In this document: in pieces, positions 1-11,674 of the stretch
Numbering within the stretch: the first letter of the stretch is position 1
How the letters are laid out: the number at the start of each line of letters is the position of its first letter
Assembly (NCBI GenBank): GCA_963845515.1
Contig: CAWJSR010000029.1
Coordinates: 128,001 to 192,000 of the forward strand
Source of the DNA: an uncultured delta proteobacterium
Lineage (GTDB): Bacteria > Myxococcota > Myxococcia > Myxococcales > Anaeromyxobacteraceae
Reading direction: 5' to 3'
Length of the DNA: 64,000 bases
Position numbers and translations under genes: made by a program
The notes under the pieces: generated by a model
What the model was told of the DNA's origin: nothing
What the model saw: the letters and a program-made list of their open reading frames with translations, nothing else
The model's database searches: none

Positions 1-678
1 CTCCTCCGCGACGTCGGGGTTACGCGGCTCGCGGCCGTCTTCGCGTCTCACCCCCACCCCGATCATGTGCTCGGCCTCGCCGCGGTCGCCGAGGCGCTCC
101 CCGTGGACCTGTTCTTCACGAACGGCCGGGCGCCCTTCGGGGACTCGGCAGAGGCACTCTCGGGCCTACCCGACCCGATCGCCCTGGAGCCCGGGGACGG
201 CTGGCAGCGCGCCGGCGTACGCTTCGACGCCGTGGGAGGCCGCCGCGCGGCGCTGGAGGAGAACGATGCGTCGCTCGTCCTGAGGGTCTCGTACGGAGCC
301 ACGGTCTTCCTCTTCCCCGGGGACGTCGAGGAGGCGGGCGAGGCGGCCGCCGTGGCAGCCGGCGGGCTCGCCGCGACGGTCGTGAAGATCCCACACCACG
401 GGAGCCGTCGAAGCTCGACCGAGCCGTTCGTCCGCGCCGTGCGCCCGCGCCTCGCGGTCGTCAACCACGGCCGCGGCAACCGCTACGGGTTCCCGCACGC
501 GGAGGCGGTGGCCCGGTGGAGAGGAGCCGGTGCGGAGGTGCTGGAGACGGTGGAGGGGGCCGTCCGCCTGCTGTCGGACGGCGTGACCGTCAGCCGGGTC
601 GACGCCGACGCGGTGCTGGACCCGCTCGCCCTGCTCCGCGAGCGGATCGGCTCGCCGAGTGAGGGGGGGAGGCCGTGA
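1..678 (+). CDS. comEC: ComEC/Rec2 competence protein, C-terminal metallo-beta-lactamase domain (5' part lies outside the window)
   Basis: Frame 1 is open from base 1: SHPHPDH (HxHxDH), ENDASLVLRV, LFPGDVE, KIPHHGS and NRYGFPH, all typical of the ComEC MBL domain. Confidence 0.85.
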   Translation, partial: LLRDVGVTRLAAVFASHPHPDHVLGLAAVAEALPVDLFFTNGRAPFGDSAEALSGLPDPIALEPGDGWQRAGVRFDAVGGRRAALEENDASLVLRVSYGATVFLFPGDVEEAGEAAAVAAGGLAATVVKIPHHGSRRSSTEPFVRAVRPRLAVVNHGRGNRYGFPHAEAVARWRGAGAEVLETVEGAVRLLSDGVTVSRVDADAVLDPLALLRERIGSPSEGGRP

Positions 679-1235
679 GCCGTTCATCGAGCTGCGGCCC
701 GACGGCGGCGCCCGCCGGGACCGGCCCAGCGCCGGGACCAGGCAACGCGACGCGGATCGCCGCGAGCGCGCTGCTGCGAGGAGAGGCCTCGCTCGAGCCG
801 CGCCTGCTCGTGATCGAGGGACCCGACGCAGGACGCGCGCTGAGGATCGGCCCCTGCCAGACCGTCGGACGCGGCCGCGGCGCGGATCTGAGGCTCACGG
901 ACCCGGCGGCGTCGCGGGTCCACCTGCGGCTCTCGCGCATCGACGGCCGCATAGTCGCCGCCGACCTCGACTCCAAGAATGGCCTGCTCGTCAACGATCG
1001 CCCCTGCCGCGGTGTCCGCGCGCTGGCGCCGGGCGACGAGCTCGCGATCGGCGCGACGCGACTCAGGCTGGAGCCTGGTCTCCTCGACCAGGCCGAGCGG
1101 GCCGTACCGCCCGGAGCTCCCCTCTCCCGCCACGTGGAGGCGGGCGGGGTGAGGGGGCGCCACTCCGGCGCCTCGCTCCTCGCCGCGGCCGCCGCGCTCG
1201 CAGCGCTGGCGGCCGCCCTGTTGGCCGCGCCCTGA
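675..1235 (+). CDS. FHA-domain protein with C-terminal membrane anchor
   Basis: VGRG...SRVH...DLDSKNG..VND FHA signature; hydrophobic C-terminal tail; GTGA overlap with comEC stop. Confidence 0.8.
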   Translation: MSRSSSCGPTAAPAGTGPAPGPGNATRIAASALLRGEASLEPRLLVIEGPDAGRALRIGPCQTVGRGRGADLRLTDPAASRVHLRLSRIDGRIVAADLDSKNGLLVNDRPCRGVRALAPGDELAIGATRLRLEPGLLDQAERAVPPGAPLSRHVEAGGVRGRHSGASLLAAAAALAALAAALLAAP

Positions 1236-1258
1236 GATCGGCCTGCTCCCTCGGCCGA

Positions 1259-3130
1259 TCAGCGCGTGGCGGGCGCTAGCTCGGTAGCCCAGCGGCGAGC
1301 GCGGGACCGCCGCTCCTCGTTCACGTCGCCCGCCAGGCTCGCGGCGTAGCGCCTGTAGGTGTCAGGCGCCGCCGGATCGCGGAGCATCCGCTGGCACTCG
1401 GCCAGCCCCCAGATCGGCTCAGCGCGCGCGGCGTCGAGGTCGAGCGCCGCCTTGTAGTCGGCGGCCGCCTCCCTGTACTTGCGAAGGCCGAACTTCGCGC
1501 TGCCGCGAGCCGTGTAGGCGACGGCCAGGTTCGGGTCGAGGGTGACGGCCGCGTCCAGCTCGGCGATCGCCCCGAGGTAGTCCCGCTGGATGTACAGCGA
1601 GAGGGCCGCGCGGTAGCGCTGGGCGGCCGCGTTGATCGATGCAGGGACCTGCGGCGGCTGGCCGTATGGAGCCTGCGCAGCTCCCTGCGATGGATAGCCA
1701 GGCTGGGGCTGCTGCCCAGCCGGCGCCTGCGCGTACCCGGGCTGCGCGTACTGTGGCGGCTGCCCGTACTGCTGCTGCGGGTACTGGGGCTGAGCGTACT
1801 GCGGCGGCTGATACTCCTGGGCGCCGCCATCCTGGGGCTGGTTGGCTGGCTGCTGACCGTACTGGCCATACTGCGAAGGCTGCGGTGACGGGGCCGTCGG
1901 CGCCGGCAGGGGCATCGGCATCGAGTAGCCTGGCGTGGTGCTCGGCTGCGGCCCCTGCAGGAGTGGCGGCGGCGGCATCGGCCTCGACTCCTCTTCCGGG
2001 GCGAGCTTGTAGATCCGCGGACCGCTGCTCGCCGGAGGACCGGACGGGGGGACGCTCCCCTGCCCGACAGCTTCGCCCGACGCCCCGCTGGCGCCCTGCG
2101 CGCCACCTCCCGCCTCTGCGGCCCCGGCGACGGCCGGACGAGGCGCCTTGCGCGCCTCGTCGATCATGCGAGCGATGGAAGGATCGGTCGGCGCCAGCTG
2201 GGCCGCCTGGAGCCACTGCTCGTCCGCCTGCCCGACGTACCGGAGGATCCAGTAGGCCCGACCGAGCTTCACGCGCGCGATCGCGTGACGCGGGTCCAGG
2301 TAGACGGCGTCCTGGTACGCGAAGAGCGCACCGCGGTAATCGCCTGAGGCCTGCAGTCGATCACCGAGTGCCAGCTTGTCGAGCAGCGCCGGGCTGGGTG
2401 GCGACGCAGGCTCGACGGCCGGGCGAGGCGGTGGCGCCGGCTCGACGATGGGCTGGATGACCACCCGCGGCGCGGGGGTCGTCGCGACCACGCCCGAAGG
2501 GGCGGCGAGGCTCGTCGGCTCGGTCGAAGGCAGCGGGATCGACGGTGGAGGCGGCGTCGCGGGGACGGCGACGGCGGGCGTGGGAGCCGGTGCCTCGGCG
2601 CGGAGCTGGGCGATCGCGCCCCTGGCCTTCTCCCCGAGCGCAGGCTCGGCCTTGCGCGCGTCGGCGGCTTCGGCGACGAGCTGGTACTCCTTGATGGCGG
2701 GCTCTCGCTCGTTCAGCGCACGCAGGACGTCGCCCAGGCGGAAGCGGGCGTCGGTGTCGTCCGGCTTGATCAGGAGGTACCGACGGTAGGCGTCGCGCGC
2801 CCTCGCCATGTCCCCGGCGCGGCGCGCGGCGAGCGCCAGGTTGAACCAGTTGTTGGCGAAGGAGCCGTCGATCTCCACCGCACGCTGAAACGCCTCGGCC
2901 GCCTCGCGGAAGCTCTTCGCGCCGAAGTGGAGCTTGCCGATCTCCTCCCAGGCCTCGACGTAGTCGGGCGAGACCTGAAGGGCCTCGCGGTACGCCGCGA
3001 GCGCACCGGCGCTGTCGCCGGCGTCGCGCCGGGCGTCCCCCTGCGCCTTCCGCGTCGAGGCTTCGGGCGCGGGGGCGGCGGCGAGGGCGGGCGTTGCCGC
3101 TACCAGGAGGGCGAGTGCGAGAGCGCGCAT
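1259..3130 (-). CDS. Exported tetratricopeptide-repeat protein with Pro-rich and Gln/Tyr/Pro-rich linkers
   Basis: Signal peptide [17 protein letters not shown]; three TPR clusters (e.g. AYREALQVSPDYVEAWEEIG, AYQDAVYLDPRHAIARVKLG, ELDAAVTLDPNLAVAYTARG). Confidence 0.8.
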   Translation of the reverse strand: MRALALALLVAATPALAAAPAPEASTRKAQGDARRDAGDSAGALAAYREALQVSPDYVEAWEEIGKLHFGAKSFREAAEAFQRAVEIDGSFANNWFNLALAARRAGDMARARDAYRRYLLIKPDDTDARFRLGDVLRALNEREPAIKEYQLVAEAADARKAEPALGEKARGAIAQLRAEAPAPTPAVAVPATPPPPSIPLPSTEPTSLAAPSGVVATTPAPRVVIQPIVEPAPPPRPAVEPASPPSPALLDKLALGDRLQASGDYRGALFAYQDAVYLDPRHAIARVKLGRAYWILRYVGQADEQWLQAAQLAPTDPSIARMIDEARKAPRPAVAGAAEAGGGAQGASGASGEAVGQGSVPPSGPPASSGPRIYKLAPEEESRPMPPPPLLQGPQPSTTPGYSMPMPLPAPTAPSPQPSQYGQYGQQPANQPQDGGAQEYQPPQYAQPQYPQQQYGQPPQYAQPGYAQAPAGQQPQPGYPSQGAAQAPYGQPPQVPASINAAAQRYRAALSLYIQRDYLGAIAELDAAVTLDPNLAVAYTARGSAKFGLRKYREAAADYKAALDLDAARAEPIWGLAECQRMLRDPAAPDTYRRYAASLAGDVNEERRSRARRWATELAPATR

Positions 3131-3147
3131 GGGACCCATGATACGAC

Positions 3148-3198
3148 AGCGCCGCGGCCGCACGCTCCCGCGAAAACGGGACGCGGCGCCGCGGCGCT
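3148..3198. terminator. GC-rich hairpin just downstream of purA, putative terminator
   Basis: agcgccgcgg (3148-3157) pairs with ccgcggcgct (3189-3198); inner tcccg/cggga stem. Confidence 0.45.
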
Positions 3199-3214
3199 TC
3201 GAAGGGGTGAAGCG

Positions 3215-5634
<2,420 letters not shown>

Positions 5635-5713
5635 TGGACGGGCGCACTCTACACGGGCGCGAGCGGTACGGGAACGGGATGGATACCCCCGGTCACCACC
5701 ACGACTGGTCTCC

Positions 5714-8086
5714 TCATGGGTCCTCCCGCGTCACTGATCGAAGGCCGCGGCGCCGGGCGCCCTGCCGCTCGAGGACCGCGAGCCCGGCCAGCAGCGCCAG
5801 GCCCGCGAACGTCACCCCGATCCCCCAACGGACCTCGGGTGGATCGTAGGCCATCTCCAGGACATGCCGGCCCGCGGGCCAGCGCACCGCGCGCACCAGG
5901 ATGTCCGCGGGGAGGATCTCGACCTCACGCCCGTCGATCGCGGCGCGCCAGCCAGGAGAGTACGCGTCGTTGACGACGAGCAGAGACGGCTCCCGCGTCT
6001 CTCCGACGATCCGGATCCGCTCGACCTGCCGCTCGACGGAGCGGATCACCCCCGCCGCAGAAGGGACCGGCTCCAGTGATTCGACGAAGACGGTCGGGTC
6101 GTCGTCGTCGATGGCAGCCAGCAGCCGGGGGTGCACCTCCAGCGGAGATGAGAGCGCCACCGCGGCCTCGGCGAAGAGCGCCCAGGGCCGATGGGGGACG
6201 GCCCAGATCGTCGCCCCGACCATCCGGTCCGCGCCCGCCAGCTGGCCGTCTGCGGTCGCGGCCACGGCGATCTCCGCGTCGCGCGAGCCCTGCGGCGGCG
6301 GCACCACGACGTGCGTGACGAAGAAGCGACGGTACCCTCTCCACCGCCCCCCATCGGCGAGCGCACCGTTGAGGTTGGACCAGCGCTTCGGCACGAGGCC
6401 GGAGTACAGGCTGATGTTGTCGAGGCGCGCGCCGACGTTGAGCGAAGGAAGGCCGAGACGCGCCAGGGTCACCCGCGAGTCGAGGGGCAACGCTCTGGGA
6501 ACCTCTGCGCGGCTGTCCCTGGCGAACGGCACGAGGATCCGCGGCGCGGGCGAGGGGCCCGCGACGCCAGGAGGGGAGCGCTCCTCGGCCTCGAGCCGCG
6601 CCTGCAGGCTCGTGGCCAGCGGGGTCTCGGCCGCCGACTGGGCGAAGACCAGCCCGGCCATCGCGGGAAGCATCCAGCCGGGGCGCCAGCGTCGCGACGC
6701 CGCGAGGAGGCCCGTCAGGAAGGCCAGCGGTACGACGGCGTGCAACATCCCGTAGGCGAGGTGCTCCCGGGTCCGCGCAGGGGCGTCCTGCGGCGCGGGA
6801 GTCGACAGCTGCGCGTCCGGCGCGTTTCCGACCCGCCCGAAGAAGCCCTCGACGCGGGCGGGCGCGAGCCACGTCAGGAGCCCAGCCACGGCGCAGCCGG
6901 TCAGCAGCAGGCTCGCGCAGCGAACCAGCCAGCGGGGGGCTCCGACCGTCGTGATCCGATCGGCGCCAAACGCGCAGAGCACCGCCACACAGAGCGTGAT
7001 CGGCGCCATCAGCTTCTCTGAGTATCGAAAGGCGCTCCAGATCGGGACTGCGGACGACACCTGCGCCGCGCCGAGCCGATGCCCGAACGCCAGCCACAGG
7101 AAGACGCCGGCCGCGGCGACCAGGATGCGCGACGTTCGCGTCCGCCCGGCGCCCCCAGCCGCGAGGACGAGGACGGCCCCACCGATGAAGACGCTCTCGG
7201 CGAAGGGGGCGGCCCACTTGCTGGAGCCACCGAGGAGCAGATAGGGCTCTGCTCCCCCGTTCACGAAGAAGCCAGGCGCGATCCACTCGACGAGGCGCCA
7301 CGGCTCGAGCGGCCACTGCACCTGATCCAGCTCGCTCACCCCGGCCGATCGGCTGCATTGCTGGAGGAAGACCCAGGACGGCAGGAGCTGGACGCCGGCG
7401 ATGACGATCCCGAGCGCGGCACCCTTCGCGGCGCGGGCGAGCCCCCGCAGGCCCCCGGCGTCCGCTGCCAGGACGCCGCCGAGCGCGAGGCCCCACGCGA
7501 GCGTCTGGAACTCTCCGGAGAACGCGCAGACGGCGACGGCGGCCGCGGCACCGACGAGCTGCCACGGACCCGCCGACGGCGCCGCCAGCCGGCGCACCGC
7601 TGCCAGCAACCATGGAGCGGAGGCGGCGCCCGCGAGGAAGACCAGGTTTCCCGCCATCGACACGGTGTACCCGGCGAGGCCATAGGCAAACCCTGCGCAG
7701 GCCGAGGCGGCGCGGCTTGCGCCGAGCGTCTGCGCGAGCGCGTAGGCGCCCAACGCTGCGAGGACCAGGTGGAGCAGGATGGCGGCGTCGAGCCCTGCCC
7801 CCGGCAACAGGGCGGTGATCAGGGAGACGGGGTGCAGGACGCCGTGAATCGCCTGCGCGAAGAGCGGAACTCCGGCCCCCTCGTACGGATTCCAGCGCGG
7901 CAGCGTCCCCATCCGGACGGCGCGGACGACGAGCTCACGCATGGGCTCATAGAGCCGGAAGCTGTCCCGGGCCACGAGCGTCGCCGCTCCGGCAATCACC
8001 GGACCGAAGGGCACCAGCGCGCCGACGACGACGAGCGTCGGCCAGAGGAGCGCGGTGCGCGCAGCGTGCGAGGCCATCAGCTTCAC
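5714..8086 (-). CDS. YfhO-like polytopic membrane protein (probable GT-C glycosyltransferase)
   Basis: LPRWNPYEGAGVPLFA N-terminal motif, many TM segments, C-terminal LVVNDAYSPGWRAAIDG...RAVRWPAGRHVLEMAYDP; start is GTG 8086 or ATG 8077. Confidence 0.75.
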   Translation of the reverse strand: MKLMASHAARTALLWPTLVVVGALVPFGPVIAGAATLVARDSFRLYEPMRELVVRAVRMGTLPRWNPYEGAGVPLFAQAIHGVLHPVSLITALLPGAGLDAAILLHLVLAALGAYALAQTLGASRAASACAGFAYGLAGYTVSMAGNLVFLAGAASAPWLLAAVRRLAAPSAGPWQLVGAAAAVAVCAFSGEFQTLAWGLALGGVLAADAGGLRGLARAAKGAALGIVIAGVQLLPSWVFLQQCSRSAGVSELDQVQWPLEPWRLVEWIAPGFFVNGGAEPYLLLGGSSKWAAPFAESVFIGGAVLVLAAGGAGRTRTSRILVAAAGVFLWLAFGHRLGAAQVSSAVPIWSAFRYSEKLMAPITLCVAVLCAFGADRITTVGAPRWLVRCASLLLTGCAVAGLLTWLAPARVEGFFGRVGNAPDAQLSTPAPQDAPARTREHLAYGMLHAVVPLAFLTGLLAASRRWRPGWMLPAMAGLVFAQSAAETPLATSLQARLEAEERSPPGVAGPSPAPRILVPFARDSRAEVPRALPLDSRVTLARLGLPSLNVGARLDNISLYSGLVPKRWSNLNGALADGGRWRGYRRFFVTHVVVPPPQGSRDAEIAVAATADGQLAGADRMVGATIWAVPHRPWALFAEAAVALSSPLEVHPRLLAAIDDDDPTVFVESLEPVPSAAGVIRSVERQVERIRIVGETREPSLLVVNDAYSPGWRAAIDGREVEILPADILVRAVRWPAGRHVLEMAYDPPEVRWGIGVTFAGLALLAGLAVLERQGARRRGLRSVTREDP

Positions 8087-8193
8087 TGCTCGCTGTAGTC
8101 GGCGCGCAGGAACACCTTGAACCGCGCGGACCGCCGCCGATCCGCCGCGCCCGGGTCCGTTGCCCCGGCCGTCGATTTCGGGCGCTTTCCCAT
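8083..8193 (-). pseudogene. 36-codon remnant or uORF resembling the N-terminus of a PilZ-domain protein
   Basis: Translated by hand (not in ORF track): MGKRPKSTAGATDPGAADRRRSARFKVFLRADYSEQ*; RxxxR followed by a beta-strand-like FKVFLRADY; stop overlaps the GTG of the YfhO-like gene. Confidence 0.5.
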
Positions 8194-8498
8194 GATCCGG
8201 CGTGCTTCGCCGACCTGCCCCCTCAGCCAGTCGAGCCTACTCCCCGCCGCGGACGCCGGCCACCCAAAAGTCGTGCGCCGCGCGCCGCGTGACGGCGCGC
8301 GGTTGCTTCACTCACCGTGACCTCTGCGCGAGATCGCGCGGGCCGCAGCGCCCGCACCCGCGCCGGTGCCTTTGCGTTGCCCACCCAGCGCGCCACCCGC
8401 TCAGGGGCGCCCTCCTGTCGCAGTCCTGCCCGGGGCGGCGCGTCGGGCATGGCCCCGACCCTAGGATGACGCAGGTCGTTCGAACCGGGGAGGGGTCC

Positions 8499-10310
8499 GT
8501 GGAACGAACCGTCTTCGGCGCGCCGGGGCGTCCGCGCCATCTGGCCGTCACGCTCCAGCGCGCTGCCGCCGCGCTCGCGCTCCTCACGCCGCCTGGCACC
8601 GCACTCGCGCTCGACCTCTCGCTGGGCGTGCCGGGGCTGGAAATCCGGTTCGACAACACGCTGCGGGGCAACGTCGGGCTGCGCACCGATCCCATCGATC
8701 CGTTGCTCGGCGAGAACCCGGCTTTCACCGCCGGCGAGCACAGCGTGGAGCAGGGGGGGCTCACCACGGGGCGGCTCGACCTCCTCTCCGAGCTCGACCT
8801 CGCGTTCGAGGGGCGATACGGCGCGCGCGTCAGCGCGGCGGGCTGGTACGATCTCGCCTATCGCAGCGGGACCGTCACGCGCAGCCCGACCCTCGTCGCC
8901 GCCGGGACCCCAGGGAGCTACGTCGGCGACGAGTACTCGGACTACACGCTCCACCGCTACCGCGGTCCCTGGGGCGAGCTGCTCGACGCGTTCGCCTTCG
9001 CGACGGTCGACGCCGCCGGGGTTCCCGTCACGCTGAAGGCGGGACGGCACGCCGTCTACTGGGGCGAGTCGCTCATGCTCGCCGGCGCTATCCATGGCGT
9101 CTCGTACTCGCAGATGCCCCTGGACCTGCAGAAGGGCTTCGCCGTCCCGGGCACCGACGCGAAGGAGCTGTTCCGGCCGCTGGCGAGCGTGTCGGCGCAG
9201 GCACAGCTCACGCCGGCGCTCTCCCTGGCGGCGCAGCTGTTCCTGGAGTGGCAGTCCTTCCTCTACCCGGAGGGAGGCACGTTCCTGGGCACAGGCGACT
9301 TCGCCTTCAACGGCCCCGACGGCGGCGGCGTCAGGAATCCGGCAGGGGGGCCGCCTCCGACCTACTACCTCGCGAACGGCGGCGTCAGCTGGCCACGGGA
9401 CTTCGGCGACTGGGGTGTCGCGGTGCGCTGGCGCCCACGGTGGCTCGACGGGACGCTCGGGATCTATTACCGCCGCTACACCGACAAGTTCGCGGCGATG
9501 CTCGTCACCGCGAACCCGGGCGCCGTGGGGCCGCTCAGCCCGGCGATCCCCTCCCCGTTCAAGTACCAGCAGTACTACGCGGAGGACGTCGACCTCGTCG
9601 GCCTCAGCCTCGCGCGGCAGATCGCCGGGGCCAGCGTCGGGGCCGAGCTCAGCTGGCGGCACGACACGCCCCTCGCCGCGCAGTCGCTTGGCTGGGCGGA
9701 GCCACCGGCGCCCGCGCTGGAGCCGATCCTCTTCCCGCACGCCCCGCCGTCGCTCGTCGGCAACAGCTACCAGGCGCGCGGCGACACGCTCCACGCGGTG
9801 CTCAACGCGATCGGCGTCGTCACGGCGCCTGCCTTCTCCAGCGCGAGCTGGGCCGTCGAGGTCACCTACAGCGGGTGGCTGGACGTACGTGAGAACCGGG
9901 ACATGTTCTACGGAGAGGGCTACGGCGTGTGCCGCGATGATCCGGCGCTCGCGGGGCTCGCGCGGACGGCGTCGGACGGCTGCGCCACGCGAGCTCACGT
10001 CGCCGTCGGCGCGAGCTTCACGCCGACCTGGTTCCGGGTCTTCCCGGGCGTCGACCTCTTGGCGCCGCTCTCGGGCTCCTGGACGATCCGGGGCAACTCC
10101 CCCGTGGCGATGGGGGGGAACGAGGGGAGCGGGACGTACGGAGTCGGCGTCGGCGCCGACGTCCGCAACTTCCTGCGGGTGGACCTCAAGCTCGTGGACT
10201 TCTTCGGCCGCACCCGGGACGACGGAAGGGTCGTCACCTCGGCGAACGGACAGCTCGCGCTCCTTGGAAGCCGCGGAAGCGTCACGCTCACGGCGAAGGC
10301 CACGTTCTAA
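8499..10310 (+). CDS. DUF1302-family outer-membrane beta-barrel protein
   Basis: RLDLLSELDL, GARVSAAGWYD, GRHAVYWGES, PGTDAKELFRP, QQYYAEDVDLVGLS, terminal Phe (KATF); GTG 8499 follows a GGAGG-like SD (ATG 8466 is an alternative start). Confidence 0.8.
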   Translation: MERTVFGAPGRPRHLAVTLQRAAAALALLTPPGTALALDLSLGVPGLEIRFDNTLRGNVGLRTDPIDPLLGENPAFTAGEHSVEQGGLTTGRLDLLSELDLAFEGRYGARVSAAGWYDLAYRSGTVTRSPTLVAAGTPGSYVGDEYSDYTLHRYRGPWGELLDAFAFATVDAAGVPVTLKAGRHAVYWGESLMLAGAIHGVSYSQMPLDLQKGFAVPGTDAKELFRPLASVSAQAQLTPALSLAAQLFLEWQSFLYPEGGTFLGTGDFAFNGPDGGGVRNPAGGPPPTYYLANGGVSWPRDFGDWGVAVRWRPRWLDGTLGIYYRRYTDKFAAMLVTANPGAVGPLSPAIPSPFKYQQYYAEDVDLVGLSLARQIAGASVGAELSWRHDTPLAAQSLGWAEPPAPALEPILFPHAPPSLVGNSYQARGDTLHAVLNAIGVVTAPAFSSASWAVEVTYSGWLDVRENRDMFYGEGYGVCRDDPALAGLARTASDGCATRAHVAVGASFTPTWFRVFPGVDLLAPLSGSWTIRGNSPVAMGGNEGSGTYGVGVGADVRNFLRVDLKLVDFFGRTRDDGRVVTSANGQLALLGSRGSVTLTAKATF

Positions 10311-10324
10311 CACCGGAGGCGGAC

Positions 10325-11674
10325 ATGTACCGGCGCAACTCGTTGGTGGCGGCTTCGCTCCTCGCGCTGATCGGACCGCCCGCCAACGCGGGCATCTCGC
10401 CAGAGGAGGCCAGGCAGCTCGGCGAAGCGCTCACCCCGGTCGGGGCCGAGCGGGCTGGGAACGCCGACGGGACCATCCCGGCGTACGAGGGGGGCCTCAC
10501 GCGCCCGCCGCCGACGTTCCGGCCCGGCAGCGGGACGCGGCCGGACCCCTTCGCGGACGAGAAGCCCCTCCTCTCCATCGACGCCGGGAACCTGGAGCTC
10601 CACGCGGGCCGGCTCAGCGAGGGGACGAAGGCGCTGCTGCGGCGCCACGCGGACTTCCGCCTGGACGTGTACCCCACCCACCGCACGGTCGCCTTCCCTG
10701 CGTTCGTGACGGAGAACACGGTGAGGCAGGCGACCTCGGCGCGCACGGCCAACGGCGGCCTTTCGCTGGCGGGAGTCCGCGCGGCCTACCCCTTCCCGAT
10801 CCCGAAGTCGGGCTACGAGGCGATGTGGAACCACCTCGTTCGCTTCCAGGGCGTCTGCACCGCGAAGCGGATCGTCGCCTATCACGTCGAATCCTCGGGA
10901 CGCGCGACGCTCTCGAGCGCCGCCCAGGTGATCGAGAGCTATCCTTACTGGGACGCGGCGAGCCCGGAGTCCGACACCTACTTCCGCTTCCGGATCCGTT
11001 ACGACGCCCCGGCGCGGCGCGCGGGCGAGGGCTTCATGCTGATCGACCCCATCGACTACGTCGCGCGCGGCCGTCGATCCTGGCAGTACCTGCCCGGCCA
11101 GCGGCGGGTGAGGATGGCTCCGAACCTCGCCTACGACACCCCCAACTCGGCGACCGCGGGCGCCCAGACCTTCGACGACGCCCTCCTGTTCAACGGGAAG
11201 ATGGATCGCTTCGAGTTCACGCTCGTCGGGAAGCGGGAGCTCTACGTCCCGTACAACGCCTACCGTGCGGTCTACCAGTCGACGCCCGCGGAGCTGCTCG
11301 GGCCGCGTTTCCTCTCGCCCAGCGCCGTCCGGTGGGAGCTGCACCGCGTCTGGGTCGTGGACGCGCGCCTCCGCCCCGGAATGCGCCACGTCTACTCACG
11401 GCGGGTCTTCTACCTCGACGAGGACAGCTGGGCCGCGCTCCTGAGCGACCAGTACGACGCCAGGGGGGAGCTCTACCGGGTCGGCGTCACGCTCATGGCG
11501 CCTAGCTACGACCTCCCCTCGCCCTTCGCCGACCCCTTCCTGCACTACGACCTGGCCACGGGCGTGTACGCCCTCAACGGCTGGCCCAGCGCCGGCGGCT
11601 GGCTGCGCCACGGCGAGTGCAGGGGAGAGAACGAGTGGTCCCCTGACGCCCTGGCGGGCGCGGGGATCCGCTGA
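10325..11674 (+). CDS. DUF1329-family periplasmic protein (LolA-like fold)
   Basis: Signal peptide; LTPVGAERAGNADGTIPAY, DVYPTHRT, PFPIPKSGYEAMWNH, WQYLPGQRRVR, RWELHRVWVV, FYLDEDSW. Confidence 0.88.
   Translation: MYRRNSLVAASLLALIGPPANAGISPEEARQLGEALTPVGAERAGNADGTIPAYEGGLTRPPPTFRPGSGTRPDPFADEKPLLSIDAGNLELHAGRLSEGTKALLRRHADFRLDVYPTHRTVAFPAFVTENTVRQATSARTANGGLSLAGVRAAYPFPIPKSGYEAMWNHLVRFQGVCTAKRIVAYHVESSGRATLSSAAQVIESYPYWDAASPESDTYFRFRIRYDAPARRAGEGFMLIDPIDYVARGRRSWQYLPGQRRVRMAPNLAYDTPNSATAGAQTFDDALLFNGKMDRFEFTLVGKRELYVPYNAYRAVYQSTPAELLGPRFLSPSAVRWELHRVWVVDARLRPGMRHVYSRRVFYLDEDSWAALLSDQYDARGELYRVGVTLMAPSYDLPSPFADPFLHYDLATGVYALNGWPSAGGWLRHGECRGENEWSPDALAGAGIR

Noticed and set aside
5649..5702. 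17-codon minus-strand ORF (VVVTGGIHPVPVPLAPV) with GAGGAG SD, resembling the start of an NAD-dependent epimerase
   Set aside because: Only six residues match and it overlaps the hisZ -10 box; too short to support.
8292..8308. Possible sigma-54 promoter for the DUF1302 cassette (cGGcgcgcggTTGCt)
   Set aside because: GG-to-GC spacing is 9 nt rather than the required 10, and the site lies in a GC hairpin arm; it would need an indel error to qualify.
8340..8420. Minus-strand ACGCAAAGGCACCGGC resembling part of a c-di-GMP-I (GEMM) riboswitch
   Set aside because: The upstream GGCAAAC and GNRA-capped P2 stem are absent; an Rfam cmscan hit would be needed.
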